From Bugula neritina (taxonomy: Eukaryota > Animalia > Bryozoa), in NCBI GenBank assembly GCA_964035545.1, contig OZ037765.1:29387504-29451503 (forward strand): a DNA stretch of 64,000 bases. The letters are read 5' to 3'. The notes under the pieces were generated by a model. It saw nothing but the letters and a program-made list of their open reading frames with translations, was not told where the DNA came from and did not search any database. Of the stretch, positions 13,812 to 24,469 are shown in pieces (the first letter of the stretch is position 1; each line of letters opens with the position of its first letter). The position numbers were made by a program, and so were the translations under genes.

Positions 13812-13872
13812 TGTATAGTCACAATATTTGAGTACAGTCACAATATTTGAGTATAGTCACAATATTTGAGTG
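13812..13872. repeat. 20-bp tandem repeat x3 (gtayagtcacaatatttga)
   Basis: Seen directly, in the spacer between the two duplication units. Confidence 0.85.
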
Positions 13873-15592
13873 TGTACATGACTAATGAATAGACTAAGCT
13901 CCGCCCCAACTTTTATCAAATATTTGCTTATAGCTCCAATGCGTATTTAGTTAGCCATTCTTCATTAATCTATTATCAACCAAGAGAGTGAGCAAGTTAT
14001 ACCAGAATTGTATCAGCTAGATTTGTATTCTATAATCTTGTATAGCTGTAACAAAAAAAATTTCCGAAACCAATAAAATGATTAGTTCCAAATTGTAAAA
14101 CTAAACTTGCCCTGATAAGTATGAAAGCATGTGAAATTAGTTACCAATGTTACATAAAAGTATGCATGAAAGAAATATGCATATGTTAATATAAAACCAC
14201 GCAAATAAAATAGGCCAATTTCTCATTATTTGAATAGAAACTCACTAATTAAAGTGGGCTGATCATCATAAAATGTAGATGCAATGCTGAGACTATATAG
14301 CCACAGTTTAAGTAGCAGCTGTTTGTAATATAATAGTTGCATTTAAGATAAGAAGTTATCTATCCTTGAACAAAGCATCAAACTATTCAATCCTCACAAA
14401 ACCTAGAAGCTCAATGCCAAAATATAGTTTAATACTTTCACATGATAAATGCTAAGTTAGCAAATTAGTAGCCATTTGGCAAGGCACTGCAACACTAACA
14501 TAACATAATGTAACTTTTCATTATATACATTATTAAAATAACTATGATCCAACAACTTTTCTCATACAGCTTACCAGCATTGTTTTGACAGCTAGTTCTC
14601 AGTCTAAAGTAAGTCATCATTACATGAAAGAGGAGATAACTGTAACCTTGAGTCTTAGTAAGAGTCAGGCCATTTCAAAGAGAATAAGCACTAAAACTGG
14701 GTACTATACTGCCCAACACTACAGTGTATATATATAGACTACTTGATACATATGTGTTAGCTAAAGCTTATTATTCATGCATGTAACTGACTGTGTTCAC
14801 TGTAGAATAAGTACGATCTTATAGACTCAGTAAACTCTGCTAATCTGATTTTCAAAGGAGCCATGTGAGTAGAGCAGGCTTATTCAACTCAGCTTAAAAA
14901 CTCATTGAGATAATAACTCCTAGTCTCATGGCCTAGTTTGGAGGTAAAACAGTATATGGAAATTAAAAGAACTCCCTACAACTCTGCTATACCACAATTT
15001 TCAGATATATACAGACACACACATGCACGAACTCTCAGAATATGATTCACAGAGAAGCTAAACAAACATTGAATTAATTATTCAAAAATGTTATAAAAAG
15101 CTAAGAAATACAAATTTATCTGATTTTTAAGTTAATTTCACTTGCACTTAAATTGTACTATAAGAGCATAAATTGCTTAGTTATGAGTAGTTTAGTGTTT
15201 CAATGGAAAAAACATCGAGATTTATAACCTTCAGCAGTGTAAAGCATCTCTATCACATTATCAATCCTGTTGTAAACACATAACATATATGTTGAGTAGG
15301 TCAAATACTTTATTAGGTCATATAATTCACAGAGTTATACACAAGTACAAATAGATCTATTAAGATATTTGTGTAGCATATGTTCTTTTGAATAATATAA
15401 TAGGAGGATGAATAATGTTTTGCGTATCAATTATTGATTGAAAGTTTTTCTACATTGCTGCTGCCTGGTTGCTGCTGCATTGCTGCCGGGCAACATGTTG
15501 TAAATAGAAAATTGAAATCAATCCACTGCTGACTGTAGATAGAAGAAGCAAAATTAGCTGCCAAACTTTAAGGGAAAGCGTAATCTTTCAAA

Positions 15593-18500
15593 ATGAGTGA
15601 AGCTAAAGCATCAGTAAGTTGAATTGCTATATGTTTTGTATCTCTTTTCAGCAACAAGGCATTTTATAATGTCAAAAGATCGAGTTATAATGTTGAGTTA
15701 AGGTTTTTATTTTCAATCTACTAATTCTATAGTGCATGCAGATACCAACTGACTTTCAGTGACAAAAACAATCAATATCGATCAGCAGTCTCGAAATTAC
15801 AGTTTACTATAAATGTTTTTGAATATAATATATATTCAGAAACCAGTGTATATACCAATAAGAGAGAATTAGTCTTTAAGATGGTCTTACGTTTTTTATT
15901 TATAGGGTTCAGCTAATCCCAACAGAGCTAAAGATACAGAGCATGGCAGAAAGCAGGGAAAAAATGGTAAAGAATTAGCTGCTAGAGATGATCCTGAGAC
16001 AAAAATTCCAACAGCACAAGATACGAGTGGAAAGAACGAGCACAACACAAGTGAATCTAAATCAGTAAGTTAAAGCTCTGTTTTGCATCTCTTTTCAGCA
16101 ATTTAAGTTGTTTTATTCTTTATATAGTCAACAGGTGAGTTATGTTAGTCATGGTTTTTATTTTCAAGTTATTAATTCTAGTGCAAGTAAGAACGATTCT
16201 AGAAAACAAAAACAATTAATATCTCAGCAATCTACTTTATTATCTTTTTCTAATTTTACTATATATGTCTTTGAACTATAATGATATACATATCTTCAAC
16301 AGTGTAACTACATTAACAAGAAAGAAAAGTTAGTTTCTAAGATGATCCTATGGTTTTGATTTATAGCGTCCAGGTAACCCTAATATAACACGCGATACAG
16401 CACATGGTCGAACACATGAAGGAAAAGGCTTAAGAGCTGCTGAAGCAGAGTTAATTGAAGTAAAAATTTCACGAAATACAAAGCGTTTGCCAATTTCCAA
16501 TAACAAAACTGTAATACCAGATGGACTGACTAAAGATGGTACGCCAGTCGAAGTAAAGTGTGTATCCCCAAAAGACGTTAAAAGTAGCCTTTTAGATATG
16601 ATCAGAATTAAAAAAAGTCAATTTTACATCGCCGTTACCTTCAACAAAAGCCACAATGCTTACAATCAAGTTCAAGAGCAAATCCATGCTACGGGTAAGC
16701 AGAAAGGTTATTTGGCTGTTCACTACAATGATGGTAATGGTAAGCACGAAACTATAGTAGTCCCAGTACCAAGAGATCAGGAGCGTATCAATAAGCTGTT
16801 ATTGGAAGAGGAAGAGAAACCTATTTGGGATATTAGATATTTGTTCTCTTCTGATCTTGAACCTCATTGCTCTGATGCAATTATAACTGTTGAGAATCAT
16901 GAAAGAAAAGGTTTCAAAGCTGCTAGCAGGGAGCTTGGGACAGAAATGTGGATTTACTTAGATGTAAATAGATTATTCAGTTTAGCAATATAGTTCAGCA
17001 ATTTATTTTAATGGAGACACAGGAACAAAAGAGAGGGATTATGGGTAAAAAGGAAACAGGTTACAAAATGATGTAATATGGAATATATAATTATACAAAG
17101 AACATAACTCCAAAGTAGTAATATAAGTCACTGATTTTCACTATATTCAATACTCCCACATAGTTTAGTTATGACATAAATGAGAAAAAGAAAACAATCC
17201 AAACAAAAACTAAACTAAATACAGAGAAAATAAAGAAAACTAGGTAACAACACATTTAATGCCCAGCATGTTGCGGAGTGCTTGAAATTTATCTCGAGTG
17301 AGGGGTTTTGTAAAAATGTCAGCAAGCATATTTTCTGTAGGACAATATTCAGTTACAATATGTTGATTTTGCACTTCTTGTCGAATGTAATGGAATTTAA
17401 CATCAAAGTGCTTGCTTCTTTTGCTTACATTTGTATTGTTTGCTATACTGATGGCGGATTGATTGTCAATGCAGAGTTTTATTGGGCTTAGTGCCTTGTC
17501 AGTGACATCAAAAAGTAACTGCCGAAGCCATGTAGCTTCTCTGGTAGCATCGAAAGCAGCTATATATTCTGCCTCTGTTGAAGATAAGGCCACAGTTGAC
17601 TGTCGTTTACTGAGCCAGCTAATAGGACCTTTGTTTGCCATAAACACGTTGCCAGAAATGGAATGTCGATTCTCATCATTTTCAGCCCAGTTAGCATCTG
17701 AATATCCAACTAGCTGTTCACCAGATTTGCAGAAGATCAACCCATAATCCATGGTACCTTTAAGATACCGAAGTACACGCTTTGCAGCTGTTAGGTGAGT
17801 TTCAGTAGGAGTTGCGTTGAACTTCGATAGTACTCCCACAGAGAAGGAGATATCTGGACGAGTGGCAATAGATACGTACAGAAGACTACCTATGATAGAT
17901 TGGTATAGATTTCGATCTACCAGTTTACTACCATCATCCTTCACCAGCTGTACGTCACTTGCAAATGGGGTAGCTGTAATGTTGCATTCTGACATTCCAT
18001 ACTTTTTGAGTATCTGTTGAATATAATGCTTCTGATGCAGTTTTAGATATGCACTGTTGAACTCAGCATTTATACCTAAGCAGAAATGAAGTTGTCCCAA
18101 ATCTTTCATTTGAAACTTTGCACGCAGTGATTCCTTGGTTTCTAGCATTGACTGTTCAGTGTCACTTAAAATAACAATGTCGTCAACGTACACTGCTAAA
18201 ATTGTTTTAACATCACCAGCATTACGAACATAAACACATGAATCAGCACTAGATGGGGTAAAGCCAAGAGATTGTAGGTATTCGTCTAGAACGATATTCC
18301 AGCAGCGTGGTGACTGTTTCAGGCCATACAAAGATCGTTCTAATTTACAAACAAGATCTTCATTGCCAGCAGCTACAAAGCCTTCTGGTTGCTTCATATA
18401 AATTTCTTCAGTGAGCTTACCATTTAGAAAGGCAGTGACTACATCCATCTGGTGTATTCTCATACCACGGTTGATTCCATAAGACAGAAGCGCTCTTAAT

Positions 18501-21500
18501 GATGAGCGATGAACAACAGGGGAAAATGTTTCATCATAATCAATACCTGGTTTCTGAGAGTAGCCTTGAGCCACCAATCTTGCCTTATATCGGTCAATGG
18601 TTCCATCAGGTTTACATTTGGTTTTGAACACCCACTTACTACCAATAGCGTTACGTCCAGGAGGTAGCTTTGATAGAGTCCAAGTTTGACTGTTCATTAG
18701 TGCCTCATACTCTTCTTCAGCAGCTTCACACCATTGTTTTGATTGCGGACTAGACATAGCTTCTGACATTGATAGTGGTTCTACAACATCACTAGCAAGG
18801 CAAGCAACATGATTAACATAATCATCAATTCCATACCTAATGACTGGAGAAATATTGCGCTCAGATCTACGAAGGGGTATTTGTTTGTCTTTTGTTGAAG
18901 GTAGGTCAGTTGTGAAGGTTTCAGAGTTATTTTCACTTTGGTTGTTTGCAAGTGCTGGCAGTCCTAATTTGCTTTCATCAAAAACTACATCCCTTCGTAC
19001 TACAACTTTACCATCTTTTGGGTTGTAAAGTCGATATCCTTTTGACCTAAGGCTATAGCCAATCATTACCATCACTTCTGCTTTCTCATCAAGCTTCTGT
19101 CTCAACTCACTTGGTACATGAGCATAAGCCAAAGAACCAAACACCTTCAAGTTACTTAGATCAGGTTTTGAATTATGCCATTTTTGATACGGAGTTGTAT
19201 CCTCATTGCGGTGTGCATTTGTGGGGGCACGATTTCGAACATATACAGCTGTTGATACAGCTTCTGCCCAAAAGGATTTTGGTAGATTTGAATCTATGAT
19301 TAGTGCTCTTGCTAACTCACATATTGTGCGATTGTATCTTTCTGCAACTCCATTCTGCTGTGGGGAATACCGTACAGATAGCTGATGCTGAATACCATGT
19401 GCTCGCAAATATTCTTCAAAACTGCTTGATATATATTCCCCTCCTCCATCGGTCCGCAGCGTTTTCATAGTTTGGCCTGTTTGGTTGGTTACTAAAGCAT
19501 GAAAATCCTTAAAAACATTAAACACATCAGATTTCTCATTAACAAAATACACATAAGAAAACCTACTGTAATCATCGATAAAGCTCACAAAATATTTACT
19601 GCCACCAATAGATGCATTTTGCATAGGGCCACATACATCACTGTGAATTAGCTCTAATGGTCTAGTAGATGTGATAGCATCTTTAGCTTTAAAAGATTTT
19701 CGAGCCATTTTTCCTTTTATACAAGAATCACACAATCCTACACTCACATTGGATAAGTCAGCGCCGGTGACTAGCTTCTCATTGGCCATTCTTCTGATTG
19801 TGCTATGATTGATGTGCGCAAGTCTCTTGTGCCAGACTGTGTTACATGATGCTAGATTTGCTTTGTGATCTGATGTAGTTAGATCTAGGAAGTAGAGTTT
19901 ATTAACAAGTGTTCCCATAGCCTGCACTTGGTTTTGCTTGTTTTTCACCCAACATCTAGAGTGGCCAAACTGTACAATCATACCTTTACTTGCTGCAGAT
20001 TGTACTGAAAACAAATTTTGTCGTAAGTCAGGTACATGAAGCACATCATATAGTGTAGCCTTTCTTTGTACATGTCGGCTGACACGTACTGATATCTTGA
20101 GAGTACCAGAGCCAATGGCATCAACTACTCGACCATCAGCTATTGAGACTTTTTCTGGTTGGTTGAACTTAGTATATGTGACAAAGGTATCAGCAAGTGG
20201 AGTCATGTGACGAGTTGCCCCACTGTCTATCAGCCATTCATGATTGTTTATGTCATACAGAGCTTCTCCCACATCAAAAGCACACTCTTCAGCCTGTGTT
20301 TCTGACTCAGACATTCCCTGGTTAGATTCACCTGCAAACCTGGCTCCATGTTGCTGCCAACTACCACGATTTCTACTATTGTTAGTTGCATTGAATTTAC
20401 CTTTAAATCCTGTGGGGCAATGTCTAGCCAGATGCTGTGGTGAATCACAATTATAACATCTTCTTTCAAGGTGTTGCACATTTCTATTTGGCCTATGCCT
20501 ATGATGACTATCAGCATGCAGAGCAGTATCAGTGTTTTCTAATGCTTTCCCACTGCAGTTTATACTTGCACTATTCAGAGCTTGTTGCACCTTCTTCTTT
20601 TGCTCTTCATTAAGCAATGCATTCTGAACAAATTCTAATGTTAGTGTTTCTGGTTTCTGAGCTTCTAGAGCAGTAACCACGGTTTGATATTCACTTGGCA
20701 TACTGCCTAGAAGAGTAACCACTTGATCCTCTTCAGTTACTGGAGCTTTGATCGCTGTTAGTTTGTTAACAATGTCTTTCATATATTTGAGATGGTTTTC
20801 TACAGAATCACTACTTTTCATAACAGCCCTGAAATACTGCTTCTTTAAATATATTCTGTTAGCCAAAGTATCTCGTTCAAAATGTGATTGTAATTTCTCC
20901 CATGCTTGCTGAGCAGTCTCACATTCAGTTATTAGGTAAATAAACTCGTCACTTACGCTAAGGACAATTTGGCTGAGAGCTTTCTGAGCATTCAGTTTGA
21001 ATGCTTTCTTAGCTGTTTCACCTGTAGTAGGCTCCTCCATACTGCCATCGCAATATCCAAACAGCTCCTTGGCTATCAGCAAGTGTTTCAGTTTAAATTT
21101 CCAGGTAGCATAGTTATTAGCTGTAAGCTTATCTACAACCAGTTTATCTTCCATTTTCTTCTTTTCAGTGTTATGCATTAACTGGGCCCATAACCTGTGG
21201 ATTTACTTAGATGTAAATAGATTATTCAGTTTAGCAATATAGTTCAGCAATTTATTTTAATGGAGACACAGGAACAAAAGAGAGGGATTATGGGTAAAAA
21301 GGAAACAGGTTACAAAATGATGTAATATGGAATATATAATTATACAAAGAACATAACTCCAAAGTAGTAATATAAGTCACTGATTTTCACTATATTCAAT
21401 AAGAAATTCGGAGTTTGATATTTCACAACAGGAAAGTAACACTAGATGCACTGACCAAAAGTGGTGAGCCAGTAGTGTTAAAGTGTGTAAAGCCAACAAG

Positions 21501-21840
21501 CAGCGAAAGTGGCCTTCTGGATATGATCAAAAAAAGTGATTTTTGTATCACCGTCATCGCCAACAAAGGCCAAAAGGTTTACAAGCAAATTCAAAAGCAA
21601 ATTCATGCTACAGGTAAGGATAAAGGTTATCTGGTTGTTTACTACAATAATAAAAAAGGTAAGCAAGAAACCATAGTAGTCCCCGTATTAAGAGACCAGG
21701 AGTGTATTGCTAAGCTGTTAAAGGAAGAGGAGAAGAAGACAAGTAAAACTGGTGAAAAGAAAAAGAAAAAAGGTTTTGAAGCTGCTGAAAAAGTGCTTAA
21801 GAAGGAGGCAAAAGAGGGAAGAGGAGGAGGAGGAGTTTGA
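15593..21840 (+). CDS. Multi-domain YqaJ/lambda-exonuclease-like gene, copy B, interrupted by Copia; exons 15593-15613, 15906-16064, 16367-16946 [Copia] 21407-21840
   Basis: MSEAKAS|gtaag. Exon 2 GSANPNRAKDTEHGRKQGKN...SKS is a truncated module. Exon 3 reads RDTAHGRTHEGKG...IPDG...VEVKC...AYNQVQEQI...VPVPRD, then a second domain NHERKGFKAASRELGTE. Removing the Copia and one TSD copy restores the frame (GTE-IRSLIFHNRKVTLDALTKSGEPVVLKC...VYKQIQKQI...VPVLRD). All introns are phase 0. Confidence 0.78.
17240..21178 (-). CDS. Copia gag-pol polyprotein (1312 aa)
   Basis: Gag with zinc knuckle CYNCDSPQHLARHC, protease WLIDSGAT, integrase (WHKRLAH..CDSC, HSDVCGP, RTDGGGEY, NGVAER), RT (QMDVVTAFLNG, YVDD), RNaseH (YSDANWA, ADIFTK). 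PR-IN-RT-RH order is diagnostic of Copia. Confidence 0.98.
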   Translation of the reverse strand: MHNTEKKKMEDKLVVDKLTANNYATWKFKLKHLLIAKELFGYCDGSMEEPTTGETAKKAFKLNAQKALSQIVLSVSDEFIYLITECETAQQAWEKLQSHFERDTLANRIYLKKQYFRAVMKSSDSVENHLKYMKDIVNKLTAIKAPVTEEDQVVTLLGSMPSEYQTVVTALEAQKPETLTLEFVQNALLNEEQKKKVQQALNSASINCSGKALENTDTALHADSHHRHRPNRNVQHLERRCYNCDSPQHLARHCPTGFKGKFNATNNSRNRGSWQQHGARFAGESNQGMSESETQAEECAFDVGEALYDINNHEWLIDSGATRHMTPLADTFVTYTKFNQPEKVSIADGRVVDAIGSGTLKISVRVSRHVQRKATLYDVLHVPDLRQNLFSVQSAASKGMIVQFGHSRCWVKNKQNQVQAMGTLVNKLYFLDLTTSDHKANLASCNTVWHKRLAHINHSTIRRMANEKLVTGADLSNVSVGLCDSCIKGKMARKSFKAKDAITSTRPLELIHSDVCGPMQNASIGGSKYFVSFIDDYSRFSYVYFVNEKSDVFNVFKDFHALVTNQTGQTMKTLRTDGGGEYISSSFEEYLRAHGIQHQLSVRYSPQQNGVAERYNRTICELARALIIDSNLPKSFWAEAVSTAVYVRNRAPTNAHRNEDTTPYQKWHNSKPDLSNLKVFGSLAYAHVPSELRQKLDEKAEVMVMIGYSLRSKGYRLYNPKDGKVVVRRDVVFDESKLGLPALANNQSENNSETFTTDLPSTKDKQIPLRRSERNISPVIRYGIDDYVNHVACLASDVVEPLSMSEAMSSPQSKQWCEAAEEEYEALMNSQTWTLSKLPPGRNAIGSKWVFKTKCKPDGTIDRYKARLVAQGYSQKPGIDYDETFSPVVHRSSLRALLSYGINRGMRIHQMDVVTAFLNGKLTEEIYMKQPEGFVAAGNEDLVCKLERSLYGLKQSPRCWNIVLDEYLQSLGFTPSSADSCVYVRNAGDVKTILAVYVDDIVILSDTEQSMLETKESLRAKFQMKDLGQLHFCLGINAEFNSAYLKLHQKHYIQQILKKYGMSECNITATPFASDVQLVKDDGSKLVDRNLYQSIIGSLLYVSIATRPDISFSVGVLSKFNATPTETHLTAAKRVLRYLKGTMDYGLIFCKSGEQLVGYSDANWAENDENRHSISGNVFMANKGPISWLSKRQSTVALSSTEAEYIAAFDATREATWLRQLLFDVTDKALSPIKLCIDNQSAISIANNTNVSKRSKHFDVKFHYIRQEVQNQHIVTEYCPTENMLADIFTKPLTRDKFQALRNMLGIKCVVT
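21182..21195 (-). other. Copia primer-binding site GGTTATGGGCCCAG (internal/half tRNAi-Met type)
   Basis: Directly adjoins the 5' LTR on the minus strand. Same motif as the Drosophila copia PBS. Confidence 0.88.
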
Positions 21841-24469
21841 TGTTCATCGCTTAAATATTGATCATGATAAAAAATAATGGAAGGTACTTGAGCACTTGCA
21901 GTAGTATATATATATATAAAACACGTAGATAGCGTAGAGGTTTTTTATACTTATACTATTTATATATACTATGTATACATTATAGTTTTCTATAATGAAA
22001 TATATAAATTATATTGATTTTTATCATATTAAAGTAATTTAACTTTTGTTTTTAATATATATTTTTGACTATACTTAAATTATAATTATATATCTTTTGA
22101 GAGCAAAATTTGGTGAATACTTCTTGTTAGCTCCTGGATAGTCTGTAGAGTAGAAATACTAATTTTGTGGTATAATTTATACCAATTGACTGTGATATCT
22201 AAAATTGTGTAGTATTACATGGTGAAGCTACATAAGCAAACACTATGCATCATATAATATATGATGTTTAGTAGAATATATTATATGACAAAAATCAGTT
22301 TTAGTAAAACATAACTATGATGAGGAGATTTCTATAAGAAATTTGGGCTTACAGAAGAAGTGCAAAAAATACGTAGTTAAATCCTAACCTTTTCTTGTTG
22401 CTTTTTTGAATTATTATGCCTGTAGAATATTTATATGAATTTTCTTATGTATAATGACGATTTATATATAGTTTCTATAGTTTGTGTCAATGCTAGTTTT
22501 TCACACCCATGCAGTATACACTATTTATATGAGAGTTGATCAGTATAGGTGGTTGAAATAACAATGACCTAATAGTTAGATACGCAAATTGCCACTGAAC
22601 AATGTCTCAACCCTACTACAGACCTCGTAATGAACAACAAGGGACAGAAACACAATTCCTCGAGCCCCAACTCTCTGAACAGCTGGTTGTCTGCATTACT
22701 TGGTTAAATCTATTTACTGACTGGTTTCCTTTATGCTTTGTTATAAACTTGAAAGATTTCTATTACAATATTTGTGACTTTTTAGGTTTTTATGATTTTC
22801 CTATCTTTATATATAATAAATAAAACTATAAACATATATAACTTAATATTATAACAAAACTATTGCTCATATATATAATTTGATGAAATATTGTGGTTTG
22901 CAGCTTTGTGACGAATCAATGCTGCTTAGTACATACTGACTGAGACTGAAAATTACACAGCTCCTTGAAATTTAGGTTTAATATTCAAATATTTGCAAAT
23001 TCTCTCAACTTCTAATGATAAGTAATCTAGATAGACTTCTTCATATATACAAAGTTATGATGACTTGGATTTTCGATGCTATACACTCTGTGTTACACAA
23101 CTAATGCATGTTGTTGATGTTATTCAAATATTTAGTAATCGTCTATCCATGCAAACCTATTGCTCTAGCTGGTAGACTAGCTGTGTTGATAGCATTTCAT
23201 ACTGATAACTTACAGTCATATTGAGAATGCAATGATTTGTCTGTAAAAACTCAAACATTTGGCGTCTCTGGAGTAACTAAAGTTTTTACAAGCTGAGAAT
23301 GTTGAAGTTTTTATATAATTTTATTAATAAATAATACAATAATATATCCTGCACTGAGTGATAGATCTAAAGCCCCACAACCACTCTATGCATTTTATTC
23401 TGTTGAGAAAATACAAAGCATATGGCCTAAAAAAGGTAAAGCAAAATATAAGATAAAAATAAAATATAATAATTATCTACATTGAATGTGTGCTCAGTTT
23501 GTTGATAATTCTTTTTTCAAAAACTCTAAGATATCATTTCAAATAGAGGAATTGTTTGCTTGTTTACAATTCAATGACAAATGTAAGAGTAAGTATAGAT
23601 GCATAATAGCAATAAAGAGCAAAGAACCTCAATATAAAATAAATACTCATTACATTTAGCCTTCATGATATCTGAAAAGTATGTATATTAGATCTTTTGG
23701 CACTTGAACATTATCTTGTTGAAAATTAAATTCATTTAAATATAAAAATCTTTTTCATATGAACTACGGGTTAAGCTACAAAGCTACAGACTTACAGATT
23801 AAAGTTAGAATAAATAAATAGATATAAAAATAATAATCTATTTGTTTCAAGCAATTTCATATATGATTATTACCATATAAGATTTAATAGTAAGACATAC
23901 TGTCTGTTGATATATATAAAGCTAGAAATTGGCTAAATGAGTGTATAACACCCTGATTGGCTATAACAACCTAGCAGTTGATATATTACTGGCAGCATAC
24001 AGCTTCATCGCTAACAATAAAGTCCTGGCAGCATGATGTAATGGCACAAAACATGATTTGTATTACTTTATGTACTGTGCAAAGCAAACTACATTTTCAC
24101 ACTTTGATCTCATGTTTTTACAATTTAAATTCACCGAAAGAGTTGCTTTTAGTGACAGCAATAAAGATAATGAATGCATGCGGAGTTTTCAACATGACTC
24201 ATGTTTCTGGGTAACTGTTTGGCTTTTTGAGATTTTCTAATTGCAGTGAAGACAATACAACTCGAAGTTGCAAATCAGCTGTAACAGAACATGTTATGGA
24301 CAGTCTCATTGGTCAGCACAACTGTTAGTTTTAGTATTTGTGGATAATAATAATGGTCTTGGTAGGTCAAAGGTCAGAGGAAGAAGGTCAAATGACCAGA
24401 CCAATGACAGGAAATGCACAGAAACTTGACAAACAAGGAGTAGGTGTATCCAGCAGTCAGCTGTTGTTC

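Larger units (their letters stand above)
16947..21401 (-). mobile_element. Intact full-length Ty1/Copia LTR retrotransposon (4455 bp)
   Basis: LTRs 16947-17152 and 21196-21401 (206 bp, identical by eye). TSD AGAAA at 16942-16946 and 21402-21406. PBS and PPT are present, with a single gag-pol ORF. Confidence 0.98.
14148..24342 (+). repeat. Tandem segmental duplication, unit B, containing nuclease gene B and the Copia insertion
   Basis: Collinear with unit A both upstream (14148-15900) and downstream (21880-23660, 24255-24342) of the gene. Confidence 0.88.

Noticed and set aside
22602-22823. 73-aa ORF in duplication unit B
   Set aside because: The paralogous sequence in unit A (~12284-12500) has indels and stops, which is consistent with non-coding flank.
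8949-24342. Nuclease genes as part of an endogenous virus or autonomous DNA transposon
   Set aside because: No capsid, polymerase, helicase or transposase ORFs, no TIR/TSD pair seen, and the genes have spliceosomal introns. A genome-wide search is still needed to exclude this fully.
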